A stretch of 64,000 nucleotides of DNA, taken from the human T2T-CHM13v2.0 reference genome, Homo sapiens. A program made the position numbers and the translations under genes. The notes under the pieces are model-generated. The model had not been told where the DNA came from. It saw nothing but the letters and a program-made list of their open reading frames with translations, and searched no databases. Where the stretch lies: assembly GCF_009914755.1 (NCBI RefSeq), contig NC_060929.1; one strand, 5' to 3'. How positions within the stretch are numbered: position 1 is the stretch's first letter; each line of letters starts with the position of its first letter. Below are positions 26,581 to 37,305 of the stretch, one piece after another.

Positions 26581-29500
26581 TACTTGTGAGCGCTTTGAGG
26601 CCTATGGTGAAAAAGGAAATATCTTCACATAAAAACTATAAAAAACTTTCTGAGAAACTAATTTGTGATGGGTGTGTTCATCTCATAGAGTTCAACGTTT
26701 CTTTCAATTGAGCACTTTGAAAACAGTCTTCTTGTAGAATCTGCAAAGGGATATTTGTGAGCGCTTTGAGGCCTATGCTGAAAAAGGAAATATCTTCATA
26801 TAAAAACTAGACATAAGCTTTCTGATAAACTTCTTCATGATATGTGCATTCATCTCACAGAGTTGAAACTTTGTTTTGATTGAGCAGTTTGGAAACTCTC
26901 TCTTTGTAGATTCTGCAAAGGGACGTTTTTGAGCACTTTGAGGCCTATGGTAAGAAAGGAAATATCTTCATATAAATACTAGACAGAAGCTTTCTTAGAA
27001 TCACCTTTGTGATGCATGCACTCATCTTACAGAGTTGAAACTTTCTTTTGAATGAGCAGTTTGCAAACAGTCTTTTTGTAGGACCAGCAAAGGGATATTT
27101 GTGAGTCCTTTGTGGCCTACAGTGAAAAAGGAAATATCTTCAGATAAAAACCAGACAGAAGCTTTCTGAGAAACTTCTTTGTGACGTGTGCATTCAGCTC
27201 CCAGAGTTGAACCTTTATTTTGATTGAGCAGTTTGAAAACCGTCTTTTTAGGAATCTGCAAAGGGATATTTGTGAGTGCTTTGAGGCCTATGGTGTAAAA
27301 AGAAATACCTTCACATAAAATTTAGACAGAAGTGCTCAGAAACTTCTTTGTGATGTGTGCATTCACCTCATGGAGTTGAACATTTCTTTTGATTGAGAAG
27401 TCTGGGAACTGTATTTTGTAAAATCTGCAAAGGGATGTTTGAGTGCACTTTGATGCCTATGTTCAATAAGGAAATATCGTCACATAAAAACCAGGCTGAA
27501 TCTTTCTGAGAGATTTCTTTGTGATGTATGCTTTCATCTCACAGAGTTGAACCTTCCTATCATTGAGGAGTTTGGAAACAGTCTCTTTGCAGAATCCAAA
27601 AAGGGATGTTTGTAAGCCCTTTGAGGTCTATGGTGAAAGAGGAAATATCTTTACATAAAACTAGACAGAGGCTTTCTGAGAAACAACTTTGTGATGCGTG
27701 CATTCATCTCACAGAGTTGAAACTTTCTTTTGAATGAGCAGTTTGCAAACAGTCTTCTTCCAAAATCTGCAAATGGATATTTGTGGGCCCTTTGAGGCCT
27801 GTGGTGAAAAAGGAAGTATCTTCACATAAAAACGAGACAGAAACTTTCTGAGAAACTTCTTAGGGATGTCTGGATTCATCTCACGGAGTTGAAACTTTCT
27901 TTTGATTCATCTGTTTGAAAACAGTCTTTTTTAAAATCTGCAAAGGGATATTTTTGAGCACTTTGAGGCCTATGGTGAAAAAGGAAATATCTTCACAAAA
28001 AATCTAGACAGAAGCTTTCTGAGAAACTTCCTTGTGATGTGTTCATTCTTCTCACAAGGTTGAAACTTTTTTTTGATTGAGCAGTTTGAAAGCCATCTTC
28101 TTGTACAATCTGCAAAGGGATACTTGTGAGCACTTTGAGGCCTATGATGAAAAAGGAAATATCTTCACATAAAAACTAAAGAGACTTTCTGAGAAACATC
28201 TTTGTGATGTGTGCATTCATCTCACAGTGTTAAACCTGTTTTGTTTGAGCAGTTTGGAAACAGTCTTGTTGTAGTAACCACAAAGTGACATTTGTGAGCC
28301 CTTGGAGGCCTACGGAGAAAAAGGAAATATCGTTACATAGAAAAGAGACAGAAGTTTTCTGAGAAACTGCTTCATGATGTGTGCATTCATCCCACTGAAG
28401 TAAACATTTCTTTTCATTGAGCAGATTGGAAACTCTGTTTTTGTAGAATCTGCAAAGGGATAATTGTGAGCGCTTTGAGGCCTATGTTGAAAAAGTATAT
28501 ACCTTAATATTTAAACCAGACAGAAGCTTTCTGAGAAACTTCTGTGTGATGTGTGTATTCATTTCACAGAGTTGAACCTTTCTTTTGATTGAGCAGTTTG
28601 GAAACAGTCTTTCTGTAGAATCTGCAAATGGATGTTTTGTGAGCCTTTTGAGCCTTATGGTGAAAAAGGAAATATCTTCACATAAAAATTAGACAGAACC
28701 TTTCTATGAAACTTCTTTCTGATGAGTGCATTCATCTCACAGAGTTGAAACTTTCTTTTGATTGATGATCAGTTTGGAAGCACTCTTTTTGTAGAATCTG
28801 CAAAGGGGTATTTGTGAGTGTTTTGAGGCCTATGGTGGAAAAGAAAATATCATCACATAAAACTATACAGAAGATTTCTGAGAAACTTCTTGGTGATGTA
28901 TGCATTTGTCTCACAGAGTTGAAATTTTCTTATCATTGAGCAGTTTGGAAACAATCTTATTGTAGAGACTGCAAAGGGATATCTGTGAGTGCTTTGAGGC
29001 CTATGGTGAGAAACGAAATATCTTCACATAAAATATAGACGGAAGCTTTCTGGAAACTGCCATGTGATTGTGCATTCATCTCACAAAGGTAAATGTTTCT
29101 ATTCATTGAGCAGATTAGAAAATCTGTTCTCATAGAATCTGAAAAGTGATATTTGTAAGCACTTTGAGGCCTATGGTGTAAAAGGAAATATCTTCGCATA
29201 AAAACTAGACAGACACTTTCTGAGAAACTACTTTGTGATGCGTGAATTCGTTTCACAGAGATGAACTTTTCTTTTGAATGAGCAGTTTGGAAACAATCCC
29301 TTTGTAGAATCTGCAAAGGGATATTTGTGAGCCCTTGCAGGCTTATAGTGAAAAAGGAATTATCTTCACATAAAAACCAGACACAAGCTTTCTGAGAAAC
29401 TTCTCTGTGATGTGTGCATTCACCTCACAGAATTGAATAATTTTTTTTTATTGAGCAGCTTGAAAACAGTCTTCAGGCAGAATATGCATAGGGATATTTG

Positions 29501-32500
29501 TGAGCGCTATGAGGCCTTTAGTGAAAAAGGAAGTATCTTCACATAAAAACTGGGCAGAATGTATCTGAGAAACTGCTTTGAGGCGTGCATTCATCTCACT
29601 GAAGTAAACGTTTCTTTTCATTTACCAGATTGGAAACTCTGTTCTTGTAGAATCTGTAAGGGGATATTTCTGAGTGCTTTTAGACCTATGGTGAAAAGGA
29701 AATATCTTCACATAAAAACTAGACAGAAGCTTTCTGAGAAATTTCCTTGTGATGTGTGCATTCACCTCACAGAGATGATTCTTTCCCTGATTGAGCAGTT
29801 TGGAAACAGTCTTTTCTTACAATCTGCAATGTGATATTTATGAGTGATTTGAGGCCTATGTGAAAAAGGAAATATCTGCACATAAAAACTGGAGAGAAGC
29901 ATTCTGAGAAACTGCTTTTTGATGTGTTCATTCATCTCACAGATTTGAAGCTTTCTTTTGATTGAGCAGTTTGGAAACAGTCTTTTTGTAGAAACTGCGA
30001 ACTGATATTTGTGAGCACGTTGAGGCCTATGGTGAAAAAGGAAATATCTTCATGTAAATACTAGACAGAAGCTTTCTCAGAAACTTCATTGTGACGTGTG
30101 CATTCATCTCACTGAGATGATCTTTTCAATTGAGTAGTTTGGAAATAGTCTTTTTGTAGAATCTGCAAAAGAGTATTTTTGAGCCCTTTGAGGTCAATGG
30201 TGAAAAATGAAATAACTTCACATAAAAACTTGACAGAGCTTTCTGAGAAACTGCTTTGTGATGTGTACATTCGTCTCACAAAGGTAAACGTTTCTTTTCA
30301 TTGAGCAGATTGGACACTCTGCTCTTGTAGAAACTGCAAATTGATATTTGTGAGCCCTTTGAGGCCAGTGATGAAAAAGGAAATATCTTCACATAAAAGC
30401 TAGACAGAAGCTTTCTGAGGAACTTCTTTGTGATATGTGCATTCATCTCACAGAGTTGAACCTTTCTTTTGATTGAATAGTTTGGAAACAGTCTTTTTCC
30501 AGTATCTGCAAAGGGACATTTCTGAGCCCTTTCAGGCCTATGATTAAAAAGGAAATATCTTCACTTAAAAACTATACAGAATGATTCTGAGAAACTGCTT
30601 TAAGATGTGTGCATTCATTTCACACAGGTAAACGTGTCTTTTTAAACGTGTCTTTTCATTGAGCAGATTGGTAACTCTGCTATTGTAGAATCTGCAAAGG
30701 GAGAATTGTGAATGCTTTGAGGCCTATGGTGAAAGAGGAAATATCTTCACATATAAACTAGACAGAAGCTTTCTGAGAAACTTCTTTATGATGTGCGCAT
30801 TCATCTCACAGTGTTGAAACTTTTTTTCAGTGAGCTGTTGGGAAACAGTCTTTTTGTAGAATCAGCAAAATGACATTTGTGAGCCCTTTGAGGCCTATGG
30901 TGAAAAAAGATATATCTTTACATAAAAACCAGACAGAAGGTTTCCTAGAAACTGCTTTGTGATGTGTGCAGTCATCTCACAGAGTTGAACATTTCTTTTG
31001 ATGGAGCAGCTTGGAAACTCTTTTTTTGTAGTATCTGTAAAGGGACATTTTTGAGCATTTTGAGGCCTATGGTGAAAAAGGAAATATCTTCAGATAAAAA
31101 CTATAAGGAAGCTTTCTGAGAAACTTCTTTGTGATGTTTGCATTCATCTCACAGAGTTGAAACTTTCTTTTGATTGAGCCATTTGGAAAAAGTGTTTTTG
31201 TAGAATCTGCAAAGGGATATTTGTGAGACATTTGAGGCCTATGTTGAAATAGGAAATCTCTTCACATAAAAACTAGACAGAATGTTTCTGAGAAACTGCT
31301 TTGTGATGTGTGCATTCATCTCACAGATTTAAAAGTTTCTTTTCATTGAGCAGATTGGAAACTCTGTTCTTGTAGTATCTGCAAAGGGATATATGTGAGC
31401 ACTTTGAGGCCTATGGTGAAAGAGGAAATCTCTTCACATAAAAGCTAGACAGAAGCTTTCTGAGAAACTTCTTTGTGATGTGTGCATTAATCACACAGAG
31501 TTGAAAGTTTCTGTTGATTGAGCAGTTTGGAAACTGTCTTTTTGTACTATCTGCAAAGGGACATTTGTGAGTGGTTTGAGGGTGATGGTGGAAATGGAAA
31601 TATCTTCACATAAAAACTATACAGATGCTTTCTGGGAAACTTCTTCATGATGTGTGCATTTGTCTCACAGATTTGAACCTTTCTTTTGATTGAGCAGTTT
31701 GGAAACAGTCTTTTTGCAGAATCAGCAAAGGAATATTTGTGAGCCTTTTGAGGCCTATGGTGAAAAAGGAAATATCTTCACATAAAACAATACAGAAAGT
31801 TTCTGAGAAACTACTTTCAGATGTGCATATTCATCTCACAGAGGTAAAAGTTTCTTTTCATTGAAGAGATTGGAGACTCTGTTCTTGTAGAATCTGCAAA
31901 CGGACATTTCTGAGTGCTTTGAGGCCCCTGGTGAAAATGGAAATATCTTCACATAAAAACTAGAAAGAAGTTTTCTGAGAAACTTCTTTGTGATGTGTGC
32001 TTTCATCTCACAGATTTGAACTTTCTTTTGATTGAGCAGTTCAGAAACAGTCTTTTTGTAGAATCTGCAAAGGAATATTTGGAGTGTGTTTAGGCCTATG
32101 CTGAAAAAGGAAATATCATCACATAAAAACTAGAGAGAAGCTTTCTGGGAAAATACTTTAGGATGTGTGTATTCATCTCACAGAGTTGAAACTTTCTTTT
32201 GATCGAACAGTTTGGAAACAGTCTTTTTGTAGAATATGCAGAGTGATATTTGTGAGCGGTTTGAGGACTGTGGTGAAAAAGAAAATATCTTCATATAAAT
32301 ACTAGACAGAAGATTTCTGAGAAATTTATTTGTGATGTGTGCATTCATCTCACAGAGATGAATCTTTCTTTTGATTGAGCAGTTTTGAAACAGTCTTTTT
32401 GTAGAGTCTGCAAAGGGATATTTGTGATCCCTTTGAGCCTATGGTGGTAAAGGAAATATTTTCACATAAGAACTAGACAGAAGCTTTCTGAAAAACTTCT

Positions 32501-35339
32501 TTGTGGTGTCTGCTTTCATCTCACAGAGTTGAATCTTTCTTTTGATTGAGCAGTTTGGAAACACTCTTTTTGCAGAATCTGCAAGTGGATATTTGGAGAG
32601 CTTTTAGGCCATGGTGAAAAAGGAAACATCTTCACATAAAAACTAGACAGAAAAATTCTGAGAAAATTCTTTGTGATGTGTGCATTCATCTCACAGAGCT
32701 GAACATTTGTTTTGATTGAGTAGTTTGGAAACAGTCTTTTTGTAGATTCTTCAGGGGGATATTTGTGAGCAGTTTGAGGCCTAGAGTGAAAAAGGAATTA
32801 TCTTCACATAAAAACCAAACAGATGCTTTCTGAGAAACATCTTTGTGATGTCTGCACTCATTTCACAGAGTTGACCTTTCTTTTGTTTCAGCAGTTTGGA
32901 AACATTTTTTGTAGAATCTGCAAGGGATATATGTGAGCCCATTGATGCCTATGGAGAAATAGGAAATATCTTCACATAAAAACTAGACAGAAGCTTTCTG
33001 AGAAACTTCTTTGTGATGTGTGCTTTCATCTCACAGAGTTGAAACTTTCTTTTGATTGAGCAGTTTGGAAACAGTTTTTTTTGTAGAAATTGCAACGGGA
33101 TATTTGTGAGCTATTTGAGGCCTATGTTGAATAAGGAAATATCTTCACATAAAAACTAGACAGAAGCATTCAAGTAAACTTCTTTGTGATGTGTGCATTC
33201 ATCTCACAGAGTTGAACACCTCTTTTGATGGAAGAGTTTGGAAACTGTTGTTTTGCCGATTCTGGAGAAGAAAATTTGTGAGTGGTTTGAGGCCTATGGT
33301 GAGAAAGGAAATATCTTCACATAAAAACCAGACAAAATCTTTCTGAGAAACTTCTTTGTGATGTGTGCATTCATCTCACAGAGTTGAACATTTCTTTTGA
33401 TTGAACAGTTTGGAAACAGTCTTTTTCTAGATTCTGCAGAGGGATATTTGTGAGTGGTTTGAGGCTTATGATGAAAAAGGAAATCTCTTCAAATGAAAAC
33501 TACACAAAACATTTTTGAGAAAATTTTTTGTGATGTTTGCATTCATCTAACCGAGTTGAACCTTCCTTTTCATTGAGCAGCTTGGAAACAGTCATTTTGT
33601 ACAATCTGCAAGGGATATTTCTGAGCAGTTTGAGGCCTATGGTGAAAAGAAATATCTTCACATAAAAATCAGAAGCATTCTGAGAAACTTCTTGGTGATG
33701 TGTGTATTCATCTCACAGAGTTGAAACTTTCTTTTGATTGAGCAGTTTGGAAACAGTCTTTCTGTAGAATCTGCAAATGGATATTTGGAGCACTTTGAGG
33801 CCTATGGTGAAAAAGGAAATATCTTCGCATAAAAACTGGACAAAAACTCTCTGAGAAGCTTCTTTGTGATGTCTGCATTCATTTCACAGAGTCGAACCTT
33901 TCTTTGTTTGAGCAGTTTGGAAACAGTATTCTTGTATATTCTGCAGAGGGATATTTGTGAGTGGTTTGAGGCCTATGGTGAAAAAGGAATTCTGAGAAAC
34001 TTTTTTGTGATGTGTGCATTCATTTTAAAGAGTTGAACCTTTCTTTTGATTGAGAAGTTTGGAAGCAGTCTTTTTGTAGAATCTGTAAAGGGATATTTGT
34101 GAGTCCATTGAGGCCTGTAGTGAAATAGGAAATATATTCACATAAAAACTAGGCAGAAGCTTTCTGAGAAACTTCTTTCTGATGTGTGCTTTCATCTCAC
34201 AGAGTTGAACCTTTCTTTTGATTGAGCAGTTTGGAAACAGTCTTTTTGTAGAATCCACAAATGGATATTTGGATAGCTTTGGGGCCTCCAGTGAAAAAGG
34301 AAACATCTTCACATAAACACTAGACAGAAGCTTTCTGAGAAACTTCTTTTTGATGTGTGCTTTCATCTCACAGAGTTGAACCTTTCTTTTGATTGAGCAG
34401 TTTGGAAACAGTCTTTTTGTAGAATCTGCAAATGGATATTTGGGTAGCTTTGGGGCCTCCAGTGAAAAAGGAAACATCTTCACATAAACACTAGACAGAA
34501 GCTTTCTGAGAAACTTCTTTGTGATGTGTGCTTTCATCTCACAGAGTTGAAACTTTTTTTTGATTGAGGAGTTTGGAAACAGTTTTTTTGTAGAAATTGC
34601 AGTGGGATATTTGTGAGCTATTTGAGGCCTATGTTGAATAAGGAAATATCTTCACATAAAAACTAGACAGAAGCATTCAGAGAAACTTCTTTGTGATGTG
34701 TGCATTCATCTCACAGACTTGAACACCTCTTTTAATGGAGGAGTTTGGAAACTGTTGTTTTGCAGATTCTGCAGAAGGAAATTTGTGAGCAGTTTGAGGC
34801 CTATGGTGAGAAAGGGAATATCTTCACATAAAAACCAGACAGAATCTTTCTGAGAAACTTCTTTGTGATGTGTGCATCCATCTCACAGAGTTGAACCTTT
34901 CTTTTGATTGAACAGTTTGGAAACAGTCTTTTTCTAGATTGTGCAGACGGATATTTGTAAGTGGTTTGCAGCCTATGATGAAAAGGAAAACTCTTCAAAT
35001 GAAAACTACACAGAAGCTTTTTGAGAAAATTTTTTGCGATGCTTGCATTCATTTAATGGAGTTGAACCTTTCTTTTCATTGAGCAGCTTGGATACAGTCG
35101 TTTTGTACAATCTGCAAAGGGATATTTCTGAGCGGTTTGAGGCCTATGGTGAAAAAGAAATATCTTCACATAAAAATCAGAAGCATTCTGAGAAACTTCT
35201 TGGTGATGTGTGTATTCATCTCACAGAGTTGAAACTTTCTTTTGATTGAGCAGTTTGGAAACAGTCTTATTGTTGATTCTGCAAAGGGATATTTGTGAGC
35301 CCATTGAGGCCTATGGTGAAATGGAAAATATCTTCACAT
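26581..35339 (+). repeat. Diverged alpha satellite, layer 2 (different monomer class, same orientation)
   Basis: Same periodicity with different diagnostic bases: GAGTTGAAC, GAAACAGTCTTTTTG, TTTGTGAGC..TTTGAGGCC, TCTTCACATAAAAACTAGACAGAAG, GAAACTTCTTTG. Ends abruptly at ...TATCTTCACAT (35339). Confidence 0.97.
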
Positions 35340-35689
35340 CTTCTGTTGGCTAGACTAAATATCCTGGGGATGAATTCCATTGTTGAGAGATTACTTCTAT
35401 CATGTACTGAGCATGAAAGGGCTCACAGAAGAAACACAGGGGCTTCTAAATTTGGATTACTCAAACAGTAATATCCGAATAACCATTTTACAATGTGTTA
35501 GGAAAATTGAGCACGGTGTACCTTTTGTATTTGCTGAAATATTTTATTTGATTGTACCCTTAGGAGGAATGAATGTTTTGTGGACCTGTGCCATACCTAG
35601 TTTCTGTAAGAAATGCAGTTGGACATAAGTCAGAGATGAGTTTTACTTCACTGCCATCATCATGATTTAATCATTTATCATAGATAACA

Positions 35690-35895
35690 TTGTTAAGGGC
35701 TTAATATATGTCAGGAACTGTATTTATTTTAATGGTATTTGTACTTTCTAATATCACTGTGGAGTACATGTTCCTATTACCTCTCCCTTAGAGAAGTTCA
35801 GTGACCAGTTAATGGCACAGAACTCATAATAGTAGTGCCGGAATGTGACAGTAGATTGAATTCAGAATACATCTTTTTAGCCATTATGTTATGCT
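35690..35895 (+). mobile_element. MIR SINE fragment (highly diverged)
   Basis: AGAGAAGTTCAGTGACCAGTTAATGGCACAGAACTCATAATAGTAGTGCCGGAAT...TTTTAGCCATTATG resembles the MIR core and 3' end as I recall the consensus. Confidence 0.5.
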
Positions 35896-36699
35896 ATAGC
35901 ATTTTCCAAAATAATAATGTAACTCAGGACTACAGATTTGTTTATCAGGCTGGTCTTTGACGAACTCTAGCTGATGAATCATGATGACGAAATATTGGCT
36001 GATTCATTTGAAAAATATTGAGGGTAGTTCAAATTTGCTGAATAATATTTTTAAGTTGTTCCTCACCAATTGCTATTAAAACCTTAAAGGATCCTGGCCA
36101 TAAATCAAGGCTATATTTTGTATTAAACAAATCCAGGAATGCTATATGAAAGTGGCTATGTATTTGTCATAAATACAATTAATATAGATAAAAAATGACA
36201 TATTTAATCAAGCAAGATTATGGACATTATATAGTGATTTATTAATTTTCTTCTCTATTCATGCATCAACTTCATGAACTATGGCTATTACAAGCCGAGA
36301 ACTGAGAAAATCAGATCACAAATCATCAGAATGGATCTCATTTGAAATAATTCAAGGAATTTTAAGGGATTCATCCGATGTTTACTTCTCTTCAACTTAA
36401 TGAAATACCATATACCTAACAGATACATGAATTAACATATGAGTGTCCTACTTATAAAACCTCTTTCTTGTAGGGATTTTAGGCCTTGAGTGATCCTGGT
36501 AGATGCACATTAAATTCATTTAATTTGGGTTTATATGTCTGTTTTTGTTTTTCTCTAGAAATCAGAGTCCATAATTTTTGTGTCAGTGGCACCTAGCTAG
36601 CTAGCCAACAACCTCTCTTTCTTCTGACTTCCTTTTCTTAATTACCTTACAGTTCCCTCACAGCTACTTGGAAATTTGTTTTGAGGACACTTTCATCTT

Positions 36700-36860
36700 A
36701 GTTTCTTTGCAGATGTTCTCTAATGTGTGCTGTAATGGCTACTGGTGCTCAAGGTTCCCTCCTTTACTCCTTTCTCATTCTGTTGTGTTTAATTTGGCTT
36801 AGCTCACTGTATCACTGTGGCGTCAACTTCTGCTTACATACTAATGTCTCACAGTCCAAC
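36700..36860 (+). mobile_element. L2 LINE fragment (RT region)
   Basis: GGTGCTCAAGGTTCCCTCCTTTACTCCTTTCTCATTCT...TTACATACTAATGTCTCACAGTC resembles the L2 segment encoding PQGS.L.P.LF...YADD, now degenerate. Confidence 0.5.
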
Positions 36861-36907
36861 CTTTAAAAAAATTACATGCATAGCTTTAAGAGGGAGATGT
36901 AACTATG

Positions 36908-37040
36908 CTTTTTTCTCCTTCTTTTCTTTGTGTAAATATAAGGTGTACAAATGCAGTTTTGTTAAATAAATATATTGTGTAGTCATGAAGTCTGAGCTTT
37001 TAGTGTAATCCACACCTGAATAATGCACACTGTACCTGTT
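36908..37040 (-). mobile_element. Short L1 3' end (L1MA/L1PB-type)
   Basis: T-rich tail followed by GGTGTACAAATGCAGTTTTGTTA..ATATATTGTGTAGT..TGAAGTCTGAGCTTTTAGTGTAA..CACCTGAATAATGCACACTGTACC, matching the reverse complement of an old L1 3'UTR. Confidence 0.75.
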
Positions 37041-37218
37041 ACATTGGGTTGTTTAAATATTTTACATATTTTTTTAATGTACAGAAGTTTTAAATTGTAG
37101 TTGGTTGAGTCTTTCAGCCATCTCACATTTAGGCTCTGTGAATTCCACTCGGAGACTTCCACAGAAGGGGAGAGAACTTTGTACTTATTGGGCTTCCAAT
37201 TTTTACAAGTTTTAAACT

Positions 37219-37305
37219 AATTCATCCTCACAAATCACTTCATGAGATAAATAAGGGAGTTATTTTTACTCATATTTTATATTTGAGGAACCTGAGGATA
37301 CACGG
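37219..37305 (+). mobile_element. MIR SINE fragment
   Basis: TTCATCCTCACAAATCACTTCATGAGATA...TATTTTTACTCATATTTTATATTTGAGGAACCTGAGG matches the MIR core (ATCCTCACAAC..CCTATGAGGTA..CCCATTTTACAGATGAGGAAACTGAGG). Confidence 0.7.

Noticed and set aside
490-35249. Dozens of similar 60-170 aa ORFs (e.g. ...CDVCIHLTELNLSFD, ...KYPFADSTK..FPNCSIKRK) resembling a gene family
   Set aside because: They are chance translations of alpha satellite. 171 bp is 57 codons, so frames repeat between monomers, and the ORFs occur on both strands without gene structure.
1-35339. CRISPR-like repeat/spacer array or other novel prokaryotic system
   Set aside because: The whole 171-bp unit is homologous with no unique spacers, there are no cas-like ORFs, and Alu and L1 elements show the DNA is primate.
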